From: Lama glama
Taxonomy: Eukaryota
NCBI GenBank assembly: GCA_028534125.1
Contig: CM052818.1
Span: 44,580,001-44,644,000, forward strand
Reading direction: 5' to 3'
DNA: 64,000 bases
The translations under genes were made by a program, and so were the position numbers. Below, piece by piece: positions 13,880-25,929 of the stretch; positions within the stretch are counted from its first letter, which is position 1, and every line of letters starts with the position of its first letter. The notes under the pieces were generated by a model. The model did not search any database. It saw nothing but the letters and a program-made list of their open reading frames with translations, and was not told the DNA's origin.

Positions 13880-14040
13880 ACCGGGATTCCAACCCGGGCT
13901 CAGCCTGCCGCCCAGCAGCTGTGTGACCTTGGGCATGTAAGTCAACCTCCCTGAGCCTCAGTTTCCTCAACAACAAAGCAGAAATCCTAAACCCCGCCAA
14001 GGGAACAGTTTCGTAAAAGTCCCTAGCACTAACCTGGAGC
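13880..14040 (+). mobile_element. MIR SINE fragment
   Basis: MIR core GCTGTGTGACCTTGGGCATGT...CCCTGAGCCTCAGTTTCCTCA. Confidence 0.8.
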
Positions 14041-14137
14041 TGCTCCCTGCCCAGGTATTACCCACCCATCCTCCCGGGATGGAGCTGGTCCCTCCGTCCC
14101 GGGGTCCCGCGGCCGCCCCTCGAGTCCGCCAGGCCGG

Positions 14138-14146
14138 TCAAGGTCA
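14138..14146 (+). promoter_or_regulatory. ERR response element TCAAGGTCA in intron 1
   Basis: Perfect extended half-site about 320 bp into intron 1. ERR/PGC-1alpha regulation of Lpin1 through first-intron elements is established; equivalence to this site is not verified. Confidence 0.6.
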
Positions 14147-14461
14147 GCCCTGCGGGAGAAGGCCCGAGGGATGCTCACGAGGCCGCGGGGCTCCCAGGCC
14201 TGTTTTTCCGCCTCCTTCCCCGAACCACAAGCCCCGAAAGGGCTGCGGGGACAGACGGCGGCCCCCGGGTGTCGGGTCGGCCCCCGCCCCCCGGCCAGCT
14301 CCGGCCTGGCCGCGCCCCTCGGCCCCCGGCCGCGCCCCGCCCCTGCCCTCCCCGCCGGGCCCAGCTGAGGCGGCGGCCCCTACCTCGGCATCCGCTGGGG
14401 CTCCGCCCGGGCTCTGCGGGAGTCGACACCTGAGGCGGGCGGCGCGGAGGCTGCTACTCAC

Positions 14462-14530
14462 CGTGCGGCGCCGCGCGCGTGGCCGCCTTTGTATGCAAAC
14501 ACCCAGCCCGCCGCGCGCTCCCTGTCAGCG
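14462..14530 (-). other. LPIN1: LPIN1 non-coding first exon of the CpG-island promoter (5' end approximate)
   Basis: Minus strand reads ...GGCGGCCACGCGCGCGGCGCCGCACG|GTGAGTAG. This resembles the recalled human 5'UTR CCACGCGCGGCGCCGCTCG|GTGCAGACCATG. Strong donor. Confidence 0.85.
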
Positions 14531-14989
14531 CGGCCCGGCCCCTGGGGGCGGGGCAAGCGGGGCGGGCCGGGGCGAGCGGGGCGGGCCGGGGCGAGCGGGG
14601 CGGCACGAGGGGCCTCACGAGATGCAGACGACCCGGCCGCTTTCAGGGCCCGCCCGGCCCTAGGCGGCGGAGCATCTCTCGCAGGAAGTTCGACTTAGTT
14701 TTCCTGTGGGCTTGGGACCTTAGGCCATGTTTCTGATTTTCCTCCCCAAAGTCTTCTATTTAATTCAACAGTTTAGATTGATATTTCCCGAACCGAGTGC
14801 AGTGGGCAGCCTGGTAAACTGACTCTTCCTGAGCTGTGGGATCTGGGCACGTCCCCGAACCTTTCCGACCCGCCCTTCCTTTCTTCAGCCACACCGAGGC
14901 CGCGGCAGCCGTGTTGGCCCTACTGAGATTTACACTTAGCTTCTCGCCACGGGTCCACCTTTATCCGAAAGACCAAGCACCCCTGCGGC

Positions 14990-15860
14990 GTTCACTCGTT
15001 AAGCAAATACTTGTCAGGCTCTGCCCCAGCACTGGGACATGTAGCTCTGAACAAGAGAGACAGGTCCCTGCCCGCTTGGAGCTTCCGTTCTCCAGCAGGG
15101 AGACATGGAAAGGGACAGATAAATAAGGAACAAAATAACCTCTGGTGGCGAAACAATTTAGGTCAGATGATCAGAGGTGGTCACACTTGAGCTGAAATCC
15201 TGGAGAGAAGAAACACTCAAGTCCTACAAAGATGTGGGAGGAGCCAGGGCTTTCTCGAGAGCGGAAACAGCGAGTGTAAAGGTCCTGAGGCAGCTCTCTG
15301 AGTGGTTAGAGCCATGGGGCAGCTGAGGACGGCAACAGGACCAAAGCTTTAGGGTCCTGCAGACCAAGGCAAGGAGTTTAAATATTCCAAGAAGAGGTTG
15401 AAACCTGGGAATCATGTGATCTAATTCACATTTTAAAGTCACTTCTCGGCTATGTGGAAAATGGCCTGTAGGGGGCAGGAGTGGAAGCGAGCAGACAGGC
15501 TGCTACTGCTGGAAACCACGGCAAATGACAGTGGTTCGCGCTGATAGGAGGGTGGGAGGGGTGGTTCGGCCAAGTGGAAAGACTTTGGATATATTTTGAA
15601 GGTAAAACCCATGGGTCGGCAGATGGATGGTTCAGGTGGAGGTAGCGTAGGGTGAAAGAGGAGAATCAAGGGTGAAATCTCCATTTCCAGCTTCCAGCTT
15701 GAAGAACGGAGGGACACAGCGGTCTTTACTGAGATGCACAAGGAAGAGGGAAAATGCAGGCTTGGAAGGAAATTCAGGAGTGCAGTTCGGCTACTCTAAG
15801 TTTGAGATGCTTTCCAGCCATCCCTGAGATGTTGGAAAGGCATCTGGTGCCCTTTGGAGA
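14990..15860 (-). mobile_element. L2 LINE fragment
   Basis: Reverse-oriented L2 3' end and the typical purine-rich L2 body (GGATATATTTTGAAGGTA, GAATCAAGGGTGA, TAAGTTTGAGATGC). Confidence 0.75.
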
Positions 15861-18648
15861 AGTCAGCTAGGTCTAGATGAAAGTTTGGTGTCCTTGGCGC
15901 TTTCCCTGGTATCCCCACTCCTGCCACAACATCTAAACAAGGCCAGATTGGTAGGGAGAATTTTTTCCAACAAGCCACTAGAGAGGAACCCACTAGATCA
16001 CATTTCAGTATAAGCTGAGTTGGGTTCACCAAAGCTCTTGCCTTGCTGATCCTGCCCTCTCTGGAGTCCCCCTGGGAGGGCCCCTTGCTGCGTTGTCTGA
16101 AACCAGGCAGTCACCCAGCTGTGACTCAGCCAGGAGAGCTGAGGTGATCCCCTGAGCCAATCCCTGGACCTGCTGCTTTCAGCTCAACTCGGAAGAGAAG
16201 GAACCACAGTGATGAGTAAACTTACTCCAGCCGCTGGAGGAGGAAGGAGGGAGGAGTGATGCTAGGGCAAAGCAACATAAGCATCCTCGAGTCTAAAGAC
16301 TCAGTTTCACAATCTGGAAAATGGGAGGCAAATGCTTAACAGACAGTTCCACTTTGAGGATGGAAAAAGTAATTATGTAAAATATGTGGCTTTTGCTAAC
16401 TTTAAAGATTTTTAAATTCTAGAACCCAATACATTGAGTGGCAATTCCCCGAAGGATGTGTTCAGTGTGTAACCCAGCATTGGTATGAGGTGACCTGCAT
16501 GCCCAGCTTCAAGACCCAGCAGGCTGCTGACTCCCTCCTAGGAGGGACACCCAGAGATTGCTGACTAAACAATTACAACTCCTCAACGGTCAGAACTTGT
16601 CTCTGCATATAAAAGCGATGAGCGAGAATGATCTAAACTGCCCTATACTAGCTGGAAACCTCCTGCCTTCTAGGCAGTGACAATAACTCTATTATCCTGG
16701 GAATTCTGAAATTTTCCAGATTAGCTACCTACACAATTGAAAGGGCTCTGCAAGTGGGAGGGGAGGCAGAAAGGGTGACCATCCCTCTTCATGGGAGCCT
16801 CATGAGACAATACAGGTAGGTGTGCAATTGACAGGTCTCCTGAAAGCCCTGGGCGGTGACATCAGTGGTGAGCTTTGTAGATGCCCTGAGCAGAAAGGAT
16901 AGCAAAGAACAAAACAATGAATTATTCCCCCAGAGGGCTGCACTTTAATCTCATCACCTGACTTGGGCTCCTTGGAAAGGAGGGTGCAAGGCCAGCCCTG
17001 GGCTGTAGACCTCATGACTTCAGCAGGATACTCCCTGGCTCAAGGCCTCAAGAGTAAGATGGGAACCAGGGACCACCTGGCCCTGCCTCACTCGCTCAGA
17101 GGGCAGAGCACAGAGCAGTGTGGAAATCTACCAGTGATGGAGTGCGTTCCCTGAGTGCTGGTGGGCAGGCTAACCAAAGCAAGTTTCTTGGGAGAAGAGG
17201 CAGGTATGAGACATTCTGGGTTCCACAGGAGGGGAGGAGGAGGAGAAGGGAAGGTAAACCAAAGGGAGCAAATGTCTGGAACCAAAGCACAGAGGGCCCA
17301 CCCCCAAATTTGGGAGAGGGTCAGATTAGGGCTGAGGCATCCAAGAGGGCCAAAGAAGTCACAAGGGGATAAAGGAGAGTGGGTGACAGTTGGTCACAGC
17401 TGCATCTTGAAGGCCACACCACCCTAATTGACCCTAACAGATACATGAATTAGACGGCATTGTGCGCCCTCCCCAGGGCCACGTGCTGGGGGGAACCCAA
17501 GATTCCTGGGGCCCGTGCGCACGGTGCAGCCATGAAGCAAGGAAAACCTCCGGGTTCAGAGCAGAGAGGGATGTACTGCAGCCCCACTGGCCGGTGGGGT
17601 GTAGCTGTCATTTAACTGCCTCTGGACCTCGGAGAACCAAGCCTCCTTCCTCTAAGGCTTACTCAGAACAACAGAGAATTTCTCCCCCCGCCACCCTGCA
17701 CATCTGAGCTAACAAGACCAACAGCAGGGTGACAAGAACAGCAGAGAGAGAGAACAAATAACATGCAAAGGGACCCTCTCACAGGTCCAGCGCAAAGGGA
17801 GGATCTAAAGCTGAGAGGCACGTAGGTCTTTCTCGGGCAAACTCATCTCTACCCTAAAACACAAGGTGTTCCCACAGGAGTCTGAAGGGTTTGGGGCACT
17901 GAGGGTAACCATGGCAATAATGAACCAGAAACCTGGCCAACTTCCACCCAGGTTAACTCACACCCCTACTCAGAAGGCCTGCCAGGTGGAAAATGGGGTC
18001 CATGTCTAGAGATAAAAACAATTTGTCTAAGTTTCTACAGTTCTACCAAGATGTCCAGATTTCAAGAAGAAATTTGGAGGCAAATGAAGAGGCAAGATGA
18101 CATCCTTGCAGGACAGCAATCATAAGAAACAGACTGAGATGTGACCCAGATGGTGGAACTATCTGACATGCATTTTTAAAAACCTGATTAATAGGTTAAA
18201 GTCTCTCATGCATAAGGTACACAATACGCAAAATCCAATGAGTAATTTCGCTGAGAAATGGAAACTAAAAGAATCCAAAGAAAATGCTAGAAATGGAATA
18301 TATAGTAATGAATATCTCCAGTGGGCTCACCCATACTCTCAACATAAAGAATAAAGAAGGAATCAGGGAAGCTGAACCAAGGTAATTAGGAACCACCTAA
18401 ACTAAAACACAAAGAGGGGAAAAAAATGAGGGAGGTGAAAAAAAGCACTGCGCATCTAAGAGCTGTGGGTTAATATCAAACAGTCTAGCATTCATGTAGT
18501 GGAATCCCAGAAGAAGAGCATGAGATAGCTGGGCAGAAGAAGTATTTAAAGAAATAATGACCCAGAATTTTCCAAAATTAGTGACAGACACAACACCACA
18601 GATCCAAGAGTCTCAAAGAACACCAAGCAATCAAGCAGGGTAAATATT

Positions 18649-18650
<2 letters not shown>

Positions 18651-18689
<39 letters not shown>
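18651..18689. repeat. (CA)19 microsatellite
   Basis: Directly visible. Confidence 0.98.
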
Positions 18690-18691
<2 letters not shown>

Positions 18692-18842
18692 TGAGGCACA
18701 TGCAGGTACACAGGCATATCATATCTCAGTTACTGAAAATAAAAGCAAAGAGGAAGTTTCAAAGTCAGCCCGAGAAAAGACAAATTACACAGAGGAACAA
18801 GATAAGAATTATAGCAGACTTCTCATCAGAAACCATGCAAGA

Positions 18843-19023
18843 GAGCCAGTGAGTAAATATTGTGGACTTTGTGAATCATGTGGTCTCTGTTGAAACTAAG
18901 TTCTCCCATCAGAGCACAAAAACAGCTATGGACGACAGGTAAACAAATGGGCATGACTTTGTCAATAAAACTTTATTTATAAAAACAGGTGTTAGACCAT
19001 ATGACATAGTTTATCAGTCCTGA
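18843..19023 (+). mobile_element. MER58A-like hAT-Charlie DNA transposon relic
   Basis: GTAAATATT...GGTCTCTGTTGAAACT...GTAAACAAATGGGCATG...CAATAAAACTTTATTTATAAAAACAGG. Confidence 0.75.
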
Positions 19024-20934
19024 ATCTAAACCAAAATCGTGGCAATGCTCTGTGTGTCAGTAGCATATATGAAAATAAAAGCACAAAAGATGGGAGGGGA
19101 GACAGGAGTGTACTGTTACAAGGTCCTTCCCCTACACATTGTATTATTTTTAAATAAATTCTAATTAAAGATGTAAATTGTAAGCATTTGAGAAATCACT
19201 AAAAAAAATTAAGAACTATAAGTAGTAAGTCAATTAGGAAATAGAACGGAATCACAAAAAAGTATTCAAGTAAAGTCAATGAAGGCAGAAAATGAGGAGA
19301 AAAAACAAAGAACATATGGCACAAATAGAAAACAGCTAGTAAGATGGTAGATTTAAATCCAGCCGTATCAAAAAAAAAATCCCATGAAGTAGACCAGTTA
19401 AACCCACACGGGTTTATTGAGTGGTTAATATGGGAAAGCAGGCTGAGACCAACACATCACGGCCACTTAATGGCAGCCTAGTGAGTTGGTGCTTTAAACG
19501 GAAAGCCCTGGAGAACCATTAAAAGCTTATAAGCAGGGAGTGAAAACCTATGAAATCTCCACTTAATGGAAGTGAATCTGGCCATGGTGGGCGGGCCATA
19601 TAGGGTGGCAGGAAGGCTGGGCAGCAGACGACAACGGAAGTAGGTGGCTGCTGCAATGATCTAACTGTCCAGTTATATGGTCAAGCGATGACCAGGCGTT
19701 GGTTGTCATGGAGAATGGAGGAAGGAACATTACCAAATTCATCAGTTTTTGAGTCAGTGAAAGTGCAAAGCTCCAGCGGTAAGCGATCCCCACCCACACT
19801 CCAGGTGGGATGTGGGCGGCACCTCTACAGGTGTGAAGTCCTGACCCCAAGCTGTGAAATGAGAGCCCTGGGAATGTCCCCAGACTCTAAGTCCTTCTTG
19901 GATGTAGAAAAACTGGTTTTTCTTTTGTTTCCTCGGTCATCCATTAAAGAAGGCTAAAGAGACCCGGGAGAGAAGAAGTGCTTCAGGACCTGTGCTCCGG
20001 CTGGGGACCCAAGTGTAGACCCCTGTCTACACAAGCTGGCTATTCTGAGACATCTCTGACCACCACCCTATCCCGACTCAGAGACATAACAAAACCAAGG
20101 GGAAAACCCACCGTCTTAAAATCCCAATGAAATTGCGCTTGCTGTGAATATTTGTGTGCTGATTACCACTTGTGCCTCAGCTCTGTGGAACATACGAAGG
20201 GAAAGAGGGACCAGGACGGGGTTGGAGAGCAAAGGCAAACGTCACCTATTTCACAGAGGTGCCGTGGGCTCTCCTGGGGTCCTGGTTTGGGAATCAAAGT
20301 TGCTGTCCCCACTGCCTCGTCCTTCTAAAGGGAATTCGACCCTGGAGATTCCTGTTAGGCGCCAAATGCACAACTCCCTGAAAATACGCTCAGTATCACA
20401 TGCCGGCACGTACATCGAAATGGCACTTCCCAGGTTAATAAGATAGAATATTGGAAAAATCATTTGGATACAGTAGAATTTAACAAATATGCCCCATCAT
20501 GTATCATTCTTAACTCCACAAGAAGGCAATCAATGACCCGGAACAGACAAGGAGACTGTCTAACAGCTCAGAGCAAACCCATTAACAGAAGGTAGAATCC
20601 AGACTCAGAGTTTGGTGATAGGGCTCTGGTGTCCCCAGATGTCAGTCACCGATTCCATTCTGCAGTGAATTCGGTGCCTGAGAAGCCAGCACAGGAGACA
20701 GTTTGACGTACTGATGGGGGCGGCCAACGGTATGCTCCACCCTCCCTTCCGCCATTCACCTTTGCCACCGGAAGAAAGGCTCGTCTTCCCCATTTGGAGA
20801 GCATATTGGCAGAACCCCATCCAACTCCCACTGACTTCACACGGAGGTTCCTGCTCCTGGGACCACTGGTCTCCCGGATGATTTTCTTCTTTCTCCTAGT
20901 TTTCTAGACCCGAGCAGGCTGGGCCACCACTTAC

Positions 20935-21160
20935 TGGCTGTTGTTAAGACTAGCATGGCTACCCCCAACCCCACCCTGTCTTGCCCGTCTCTCTCTTTCC
21001 TCCTGATCTTGCCCCTCAACCCACCTCCTCCCCTCCCATTTACTCTCCTTCTCCCTCATCCTTTCATCTGCGCCCTCTGCAGACTCCGCTGAAAGCTCAT
21101 CGTTGGGTGGCAGGATTGGGATGACCTCACAGAGGTTATGATGTCAGCGTCTGGTGACGC
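20935..21160 (-). promoter_or_regulatory. LPIN1: Probable intermediate LPIN1 promoter and alternative first exon
   Basis: Donor CCA|GTAAGT after 20935; CCAAT (ATTGG 21115-21119), TGACCT (21122-21127), TGATGTCA (21139-21146) and TGACGC (21155-21160) are clustered in non-repetitive sequence about 10 kb downstream of the 57-nt exon. Confidence 0.5.
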
Positions 21161-24100
21161 GCAGAGGAGGAGGGAGAGAGAAGAGGTGAGTGAGGGCTAA
21201 GCAAGGCTTCTGCGAGAAGCTGGCTGGAGACCAGCGCTGGACTGGACAGAACCTGGTCCACGCTGGGGCTGAGCAGAAGCTGGGTGCACAGCATGACCAA
21301 ATCCATTCATGACATCGGATTTTGCCTTGCTGATTTCTGAATTCACAGCAAGCTACCGAGAAGGGACATTTAATTCAGAAAGCTGCACTCCAACAAACTG
21401 AGAAAGCACTGAGGGTGGAAATGGCCTTATCCATTTGTTACAGAGCACGGAAATTTGGTGTTATATACTAAGCGTGCCATTAGGAGATTTCTGAAATAGA
21501 CATGGCTGCAGAAAAAGCTTCATTTCCAAGGAATTTAAGCTCTACAAGAACTCTCTAAAATGCATAAGTCATAGACAAAAATGATGAATAATTATAAGAT
21601 ATGGTTGTTGAATTATTGTCCAATTAACTAAAAATAGTTTTTAAATGGTGATAAACTGGAAAGCTATTACACAGTCAGAATGGAATCCTTTAAAATATGA
21701 CAATATTGCTACACGAGCATCAGACATCTTCAGGCGTGACCCTGTGAACCCAAACTTTTAGCTTACAATCTAGGACCGTCTTGTGCCCCACTCTGCCCAG
21801 GCTGTATGTAGAATGAGAGTTGGGCTGTTTTCTCATGCCGAAGCCGTTTCCTTAGGCACGACCAGAGAGTCCACCACCGAATGTTACACACCAGAGTAGG
21901 AGGGAAAACTCGGGAATCCTGGTTTACAAACCATGGGCCTTCGCGTTCTTTGGGAAAATTGAGAGCTAGAGCCAGAGGCACACAACTGCGTCCCCCTTCC
22001 CACGTCTCCTTTGGATGGTGCTTTCAAATCTTGTTGGAAAAGTCCTATTTGTAAGACAAGTTCTTACAAGGAAGAGACTTTTTCTTTTGTCTTTAGCTCC
22101 CAGTAGCTTGGATAGATTTGTGGTTACTGGAGAGCCCGAAAAAGGATGTTCTCACGTTAAAAGGCTGGGCAGTCGGTTCTGGTAACTGCATGGGATCTGT
22201 ACGTTGCTCTGTTAACTTGTCATTTGGCCAACACGGCACCTTTCAGTAAATCATGTGCACATCTGGCACATTCTGTCCTGTATATGAGAATGCAACTGGA
22301 AGCAGCAGTACCGAAAATACCTGCAAGTCATTTCAACCGAATGCTAGGCTCTTCTGTGGTTTCTCCAGATCATGCCGACCCTTCCTTACCAAAGTTAGGA
22401 GGCTAAAAAATATTAACCTTCTTCTTAAAGTGTGATTCTCATCTTTAAAGTGTACGGTATTCTACTGAGTCATGAAGCCAGCACGTTTATGGCCACGAGA
22501 TTGCAGCTGACGTGCCACTCTGCCAGTCTCGGGGGAGAAGACCCCATACCCCATGGTGCTGGGCTGCACAGATGTGCATCTGCGAGCCCGAAACAAAGGC
22601 AGTAACTTTTCTGGTTTTCTCTGCGGCTCCCACTACACTCACAAAACCACACTCAGGGCCGGCCTTCACACGGGAGCGCCATAAGGATGGCGGTGCACCT
22701 GTCTGGAGGGAATGACCCAGTATGAAAGGCGAGGCCACACCACTCTCTAAGTACAATAACTAAAGCTGTTTAACCTGCAGAAGAAAACCCAGTGGGGGGA
22801 ACGGGAGGTGGAGAGATGGTGGCCTAGTGCGAGCACAGGGTCATACATGCCTGTAGATTCTGAAAGATCTGAAGGATGAAAATGGGTGGACGTGTGATCA
22901 CCACACAAAGGGCCTAAGGAGACAGGTCAGGCCTGTGCACAGACGATCTGGGAGCTCCCAGCTGGACCCCCCCGTTGGAATAGGGCTGTGGAGGGGTCTG
23001 AACAGCAGCAGTAAATTGAACCCTATTCTCTTACTGCTCCTCCCAGCCCTAACTCCATGAATAACCTCTCCCCTCTCCTTCTTTCTCTCTGCCTTCCAGA
23101 GGTAACTGATGTATCTTTTGCATAGCTAATTTGAGAATTCTGGGCTCAGCTTTAGGGTGTCCCACCCGAGCAACCCGCAGAGGAGTGGAGGTCTGTGTAG
23201 AGGTGGGCAGGTTGGGCTCGGAACGCTGTCACCAGATTCCCTGGTGCCTGGATTGAATTAGCTGCTCCCCTAAACCCACCTTCTGCGCACCCCCCCCCCC
23301 CGCAGTGAGGATGACCTGGTTCTAGGGAAGCTCTATGTTGGGTGAAATGGAGAAGGTGATCGAGGCTTCTGTCCCAAAAGGAGAGAAGGGACAAAGGGCA
23401 CACCGTCCAAAGGGACTCTAAGAGTAAGTTGGCTCCAAAAACTAATTCTGAGTTTCAGATCTGCCCCCGATCCAGCCCTCAGGTTCCATCCTTAAGGAAA
23501 CCCAAGTCCCCAGAGAGAGAGTGCCCCTCCCCGATCTCCACACTAAGTGTGACCTGGGTCTCAGCCACGCTCTGTGATTTTTCCTCCCAGAACAGTGAGG
23601 TCATAGGCTCAGTAAAAAAAATCCCACAGATCTTTCTGGAATCTGAGGTGTCCTGGACAGAGTGTGGTTCTGGGGCACTGGAGACCTGGGTTCTGGTCTG
23701 TGTTCTGCCACTTACAGGACCCTGCATATGCCACCTCAGTCTCCAGCTGAGGAAGAGAGGAAGTGGGGATAGAGATCATCAGCTCTGACCTGTCATTCAC
23801 TTGTTTGTCACGTGACTTTGTGGGTACAGTCTTGCATCGTCACCCTGCCAGCAGCACCCCCAACACACATGCAGTGTGGTAACTGTTAATTCTGGGTCCA
23901 CAACACCCTGGGCATCTCTAATTATTTCAAAGGATATTCAGATAGTTCCAGAAGAAGGAACTAATGTGAATTCAATTTAATTTAAAAATATAGCATCTCA
24001 CCAATATTCACCGCTCCTTTCTCCCTCCCCTGGGGACATATAAGTGAAGTTTTGGGCATCTGTGATCTAATTAGAGGGAATTCTGAGCAGAGTAGGGCAT

Positions 24101-24429
24101 AGTCAAGACAAAGAATCATATGGAAGTTTCTTGAATTTCAAATGGGAGGCAGGGAGTGGAGATAGATAGAGCAGACAAGGATTTATCCCGGTCCCAACAC
24201 AGCTCAGTTTTATTATCATCCATCACACCCTGCTTTGTAGCATCGAATGCACCACAGTATGATCTTGCTCAGCCGATGCTCAGCTTAGCTGCAGTGTCCT
24301 CAGGAGACCCAGGGACAGCTGGATAAGCTCAAAAGCATCAGAATCAAGGAGTGGCTCTAAGAGACACGCACACCCGCTTCTCCAACGTCAAACATTTGAC
24401 TGCACGTCCAGTGTCACAAGTGCTCTGGC

Positions 24430-24835
24430 TCCATCTGCTATTTCTCCATGTAATCTAAGCTCCAGCTGCACTGGACAATTTTGATGTGTTTATGCTTGTC
24501 CTGTTCCCTTCTACCACAGGGCCTTTGTACATGCTGTTCTCTCTACGTGGAATCCTCTCCCCTCTTCACCTGGTTAACCACTACTCGTTCTTCAACCTTT
24601 GTTCAAGCACCACTAACCTCCCCAACTATATCAGTTCTCCCTGTTAAGACACTTGTACTGTTCTGCAAATCCTTCATTCAAAGTATTGATAATAGTTAAA
24701 ATGTTCCACTTGCATGTGCAATTATTGTAAAATCTTTCCCAAGCCAGTGGACTCTGCAGCATAGAAAAGATTATTTCTGTTTAAGTTCACAGTTCCTGGC
24801 ACTTAGGAGGTGCTCGATAAATATTTTGAAATGTA
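24430..24835 (+). mobile_element. L2 LINE 3' fragment
   Basis: CAGGGCCTTTGTACATGCTGTTC and terminal CCTGGCACTTAGGAGGTGCTCGATAAATAT. Confidence 0.75.
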
Positions 24836-25929
24836 TGCTTAGGTATCATATATGGGTCATAGTGCCTGGCTGCAAACATATTCATTCTATGAAAAATAAA
24901 CTAACAAGTCATGCCTGGTGTTAAAGGTACTGGTACCCTTATCATGCATGAAACAGGAGAGAAGTCACAAAGAATGCACCCACTTACGCAACAAGCCATT
25001 TCTGAGTGCTGACCATGTGCCAGCACAGTGGAGGTTGACAGCAAAGTGATGCCTCTGTCCTCAAAGACCTCAAGAGCTGGTAGATACACAGTGTGTCCAG
25101 CAAGAGAAGACAAGGCCACACAATTCAGAACAAGATGCCCGCCAGAGTGGGAGAAGGAACTGCTAAGAGGAAGGACTGGGAATACAAGCTAAGATGAGAC
25201 ATTGATAGATTGTTTCTACTCATAAGTGAGAAAGGGACCCTGGGATGTCTCTATAAAACCTAAGAATTCACTGCACAGGAAACGATCATTCTCTGTAAGA
25301 TTCTAATTAAATACATTACTGTTGGATCTAATCGTGCTAGTGCCTCTCACTAATCCATCCTGGACAAGGGCTGCAGAGTGAGACTACGATGATTCAGGCT
25401 AAAAAAAAAAAAATGCAATTGGCTGGAAGAGACGCGCAGCGTGTTTCTCGTGTTTCTCGATGGGAACACAGTGAATGTTATCAAACACGTGCAGAATGGC
25501 CGCGTTAACAATGCTAGACAAGGAGGAAAATCCTGGGGCAGGATAGCAGGTGGAGCAGAACAAACACAGATGCGTTTGTTTTCCTTTTACTTCCAGATAT
25601 CTAATCTCATTAGATTTCAAGGAAACTGCAGAACTTGGGAATTTAAAACAGTGAAGAGAACGGGAGGGGCGTCCTCAGTGGAAAAGATATTTAATCAAAT
25701 TTGGAAGGCCAGCGCAAAGGGAAGGGTTGATTAAAGAAATAACATGGAGCAAGTTATAACCTGGAAGACCTGCAAAGGGGCTGCAGCGGAGGGAGGGGCT
25801 ACCTGCCCAGGAGAACCTCAAACAGGCACCGGAGCCAGAACCACATGGGTCCCCGGGGAACAATCAGCTCCCTGACTGCTTATTCTAAAATGAGCCCTAG
25901 CAGTTGAAGCTCCCAGGCGACCTTCCTGT

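Larger units (their letters stand above)
14060..14720. promoter_or_regulatory. LPIN1: CpG island / main LPIN1 promoter with clustered GC boxes
   Basis: Very high GC and CpG density against a CpG-depleted background. Multiple GGGGCGGG boxes at 14545-14600, just upstream of the exon. Confidence 0.92.
17900..19380 (+). mobile_element. Old L1 5'/ORF1 remnant interrupted by (CA)n and a MER58-like element
   Basis: ORF1 relics such as GAAATAATGACCCAGAATTTTCCAAAATT and ACCACAGATCCAAGAGTCTCAAAGAACACCAAGC. Confidence 0.8.

Noticed and set aside
14079..14736. Several overlapping Pro/Arg/Gly-rich ORFs (up to 194 aa)
   Set aside because: Expected from stop-codon scarcity in a CpG island; no recognisable protein.
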